Shown piece by piece: positions 63,274 to 64,000 of a stretch of 64,000 nucleotides of DNA. Position 1 is the first letter of the stretch. Each line of letters opens with the position of its first letter. Source of the DNA: Negaprion brevirostris (taxonomy: Eukaryota); NCBI GenBank assembly GCA_030324005.1, contig JARDVH010000150.1, positions 21,425,313-21,489,312 of the forward strand, given 5' to 3'. Both the position numbers and the translations under genes were made by a program. The notes beneath the pieces are model-generated. The model saw only the letters and a program-made list of their open reading frames with translations, ran no database searches and had not been told where the DNA came from.

Positions 63274-63580
63274 GTACTGATTTATTGCCCTGGAATACTT
63301 TCCCAAGTTTCCGACCTGGAGTAATTCTCTTTAAAAGCTACACAATCATATTTCGCTATACTCTGCTTTATAAATTTATAATTGATTCATTTATTCACTG
63401 TTGCATAGAAATATGGAAGCTACAAATTGAGCTTCTTAGCTTTTGTCCTCCACAGTAAATGAAAATTTGTGGAAAATTTAGATAAAGTTGGCAAGGCATT
63501 GATATCTATGGCTTTCATTTATATCTACTTTGGCCACATGTATTTTCTGACCAAGGCAATTGACAATTTGGCAGTAACAT

Positions 63581-63714
63581 TGGCCAAAATTCTCCAGCCA
63601 TTCTTACCTGCAGCTGCAAGCGAGGATGGAGAATTTGGCACTCAGCCAAATCTATGTACACTGCAGTGGGACCAGAGAACCCCACTGCCGTGAACGGCTG
63701 GAGAATTCTGGCCA
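63581..63714. mobile_element. Short MITE (possibly Harbinger type)
   Basis: 23-bp TIRs tggccaaaattctccagccattc / gaacggctggagaattctggcca (21 of 23 match). Confidence 0.75.
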
Positions 63715-63743
63715 CTCTTTTGTAGCAATTCAAATGTTAACAA

Positions 63744-63930
63744 AAGTCCAGAGATATGCGGGTTAGGGTGGTTGGCCATGCTGAAGTTGCCCCTTAGTGT
63801 CCTGAGATGTGTAGGTTAGAGAAATTAATGGGCAAATATATAGGGATATGGGGGTAGGGCCTGGGTGGGATTGTGGTCTGTGCAGACACAATGGGCCGAA
63901 TGGCCTCTTTCTGTACTGTAGGGTTTCTAT
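63744..63930 (+). mobile_element. HE1-like V-SINE, 3' half
   Basis: agtccagagatatgcgggttagg..gggcctgggtgggattgtggtc..gtactgtagggtttctat. Confidence 0.8.
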
Positions 63931-64000
63931 AATTTGGCAAAATTGTCGCGGGGTAAAATAGTGTCACTTATGTAATGGTATGTCAAACCACTCCCAATAA

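Noticed and set aside
1-64000. CRISPR array, prokaryotic operon or endogenous viral gene
   Set aside because: No regularly spaced repeats or long intact ORFs; the window is explained as a spliced vertebrate gene with transposon-rich introns.

Overview
AT-rich vertebrate genomic DNA, almost certainly a shark (inferred from HE1-like V-SINEs, Deu-domain SINEs and shark-type Penelope and CR1 remnants). The whole window lies inside one + strand gene, a class I bHLH E-protein best matching TCF3 (E2A). I read 14 internal coding exons (1568-63273, about 1534 nt or 511 aa). All have GT-AG boundaries and consistent phases, apart from an assembly gap in one exon, and they correspond to human TCF3 exons 4-17 as I recall them. 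The AD1 exons lie upstream of the window and the bHLH exons downstream. That 100-N gap must really be about 2 nt. The introns hold decayed LINEs, SINEs, Penelope-like elements and MITEs. Points worth a second look: Penelope-derived minimal hammerhead-ribozyme motifs, fold-back palindromic mini-elements, a triple-GAAA ISRE-like site, a recent ~255 bp direct duplication flanking one exon, candidate cryptic or alternative exons, and ancestral TCF4/TCF12-like features in this E2A protein. I found no convincing wholly new system. All homology calls are from memory and by eye, and repeat boundaries are approximate.
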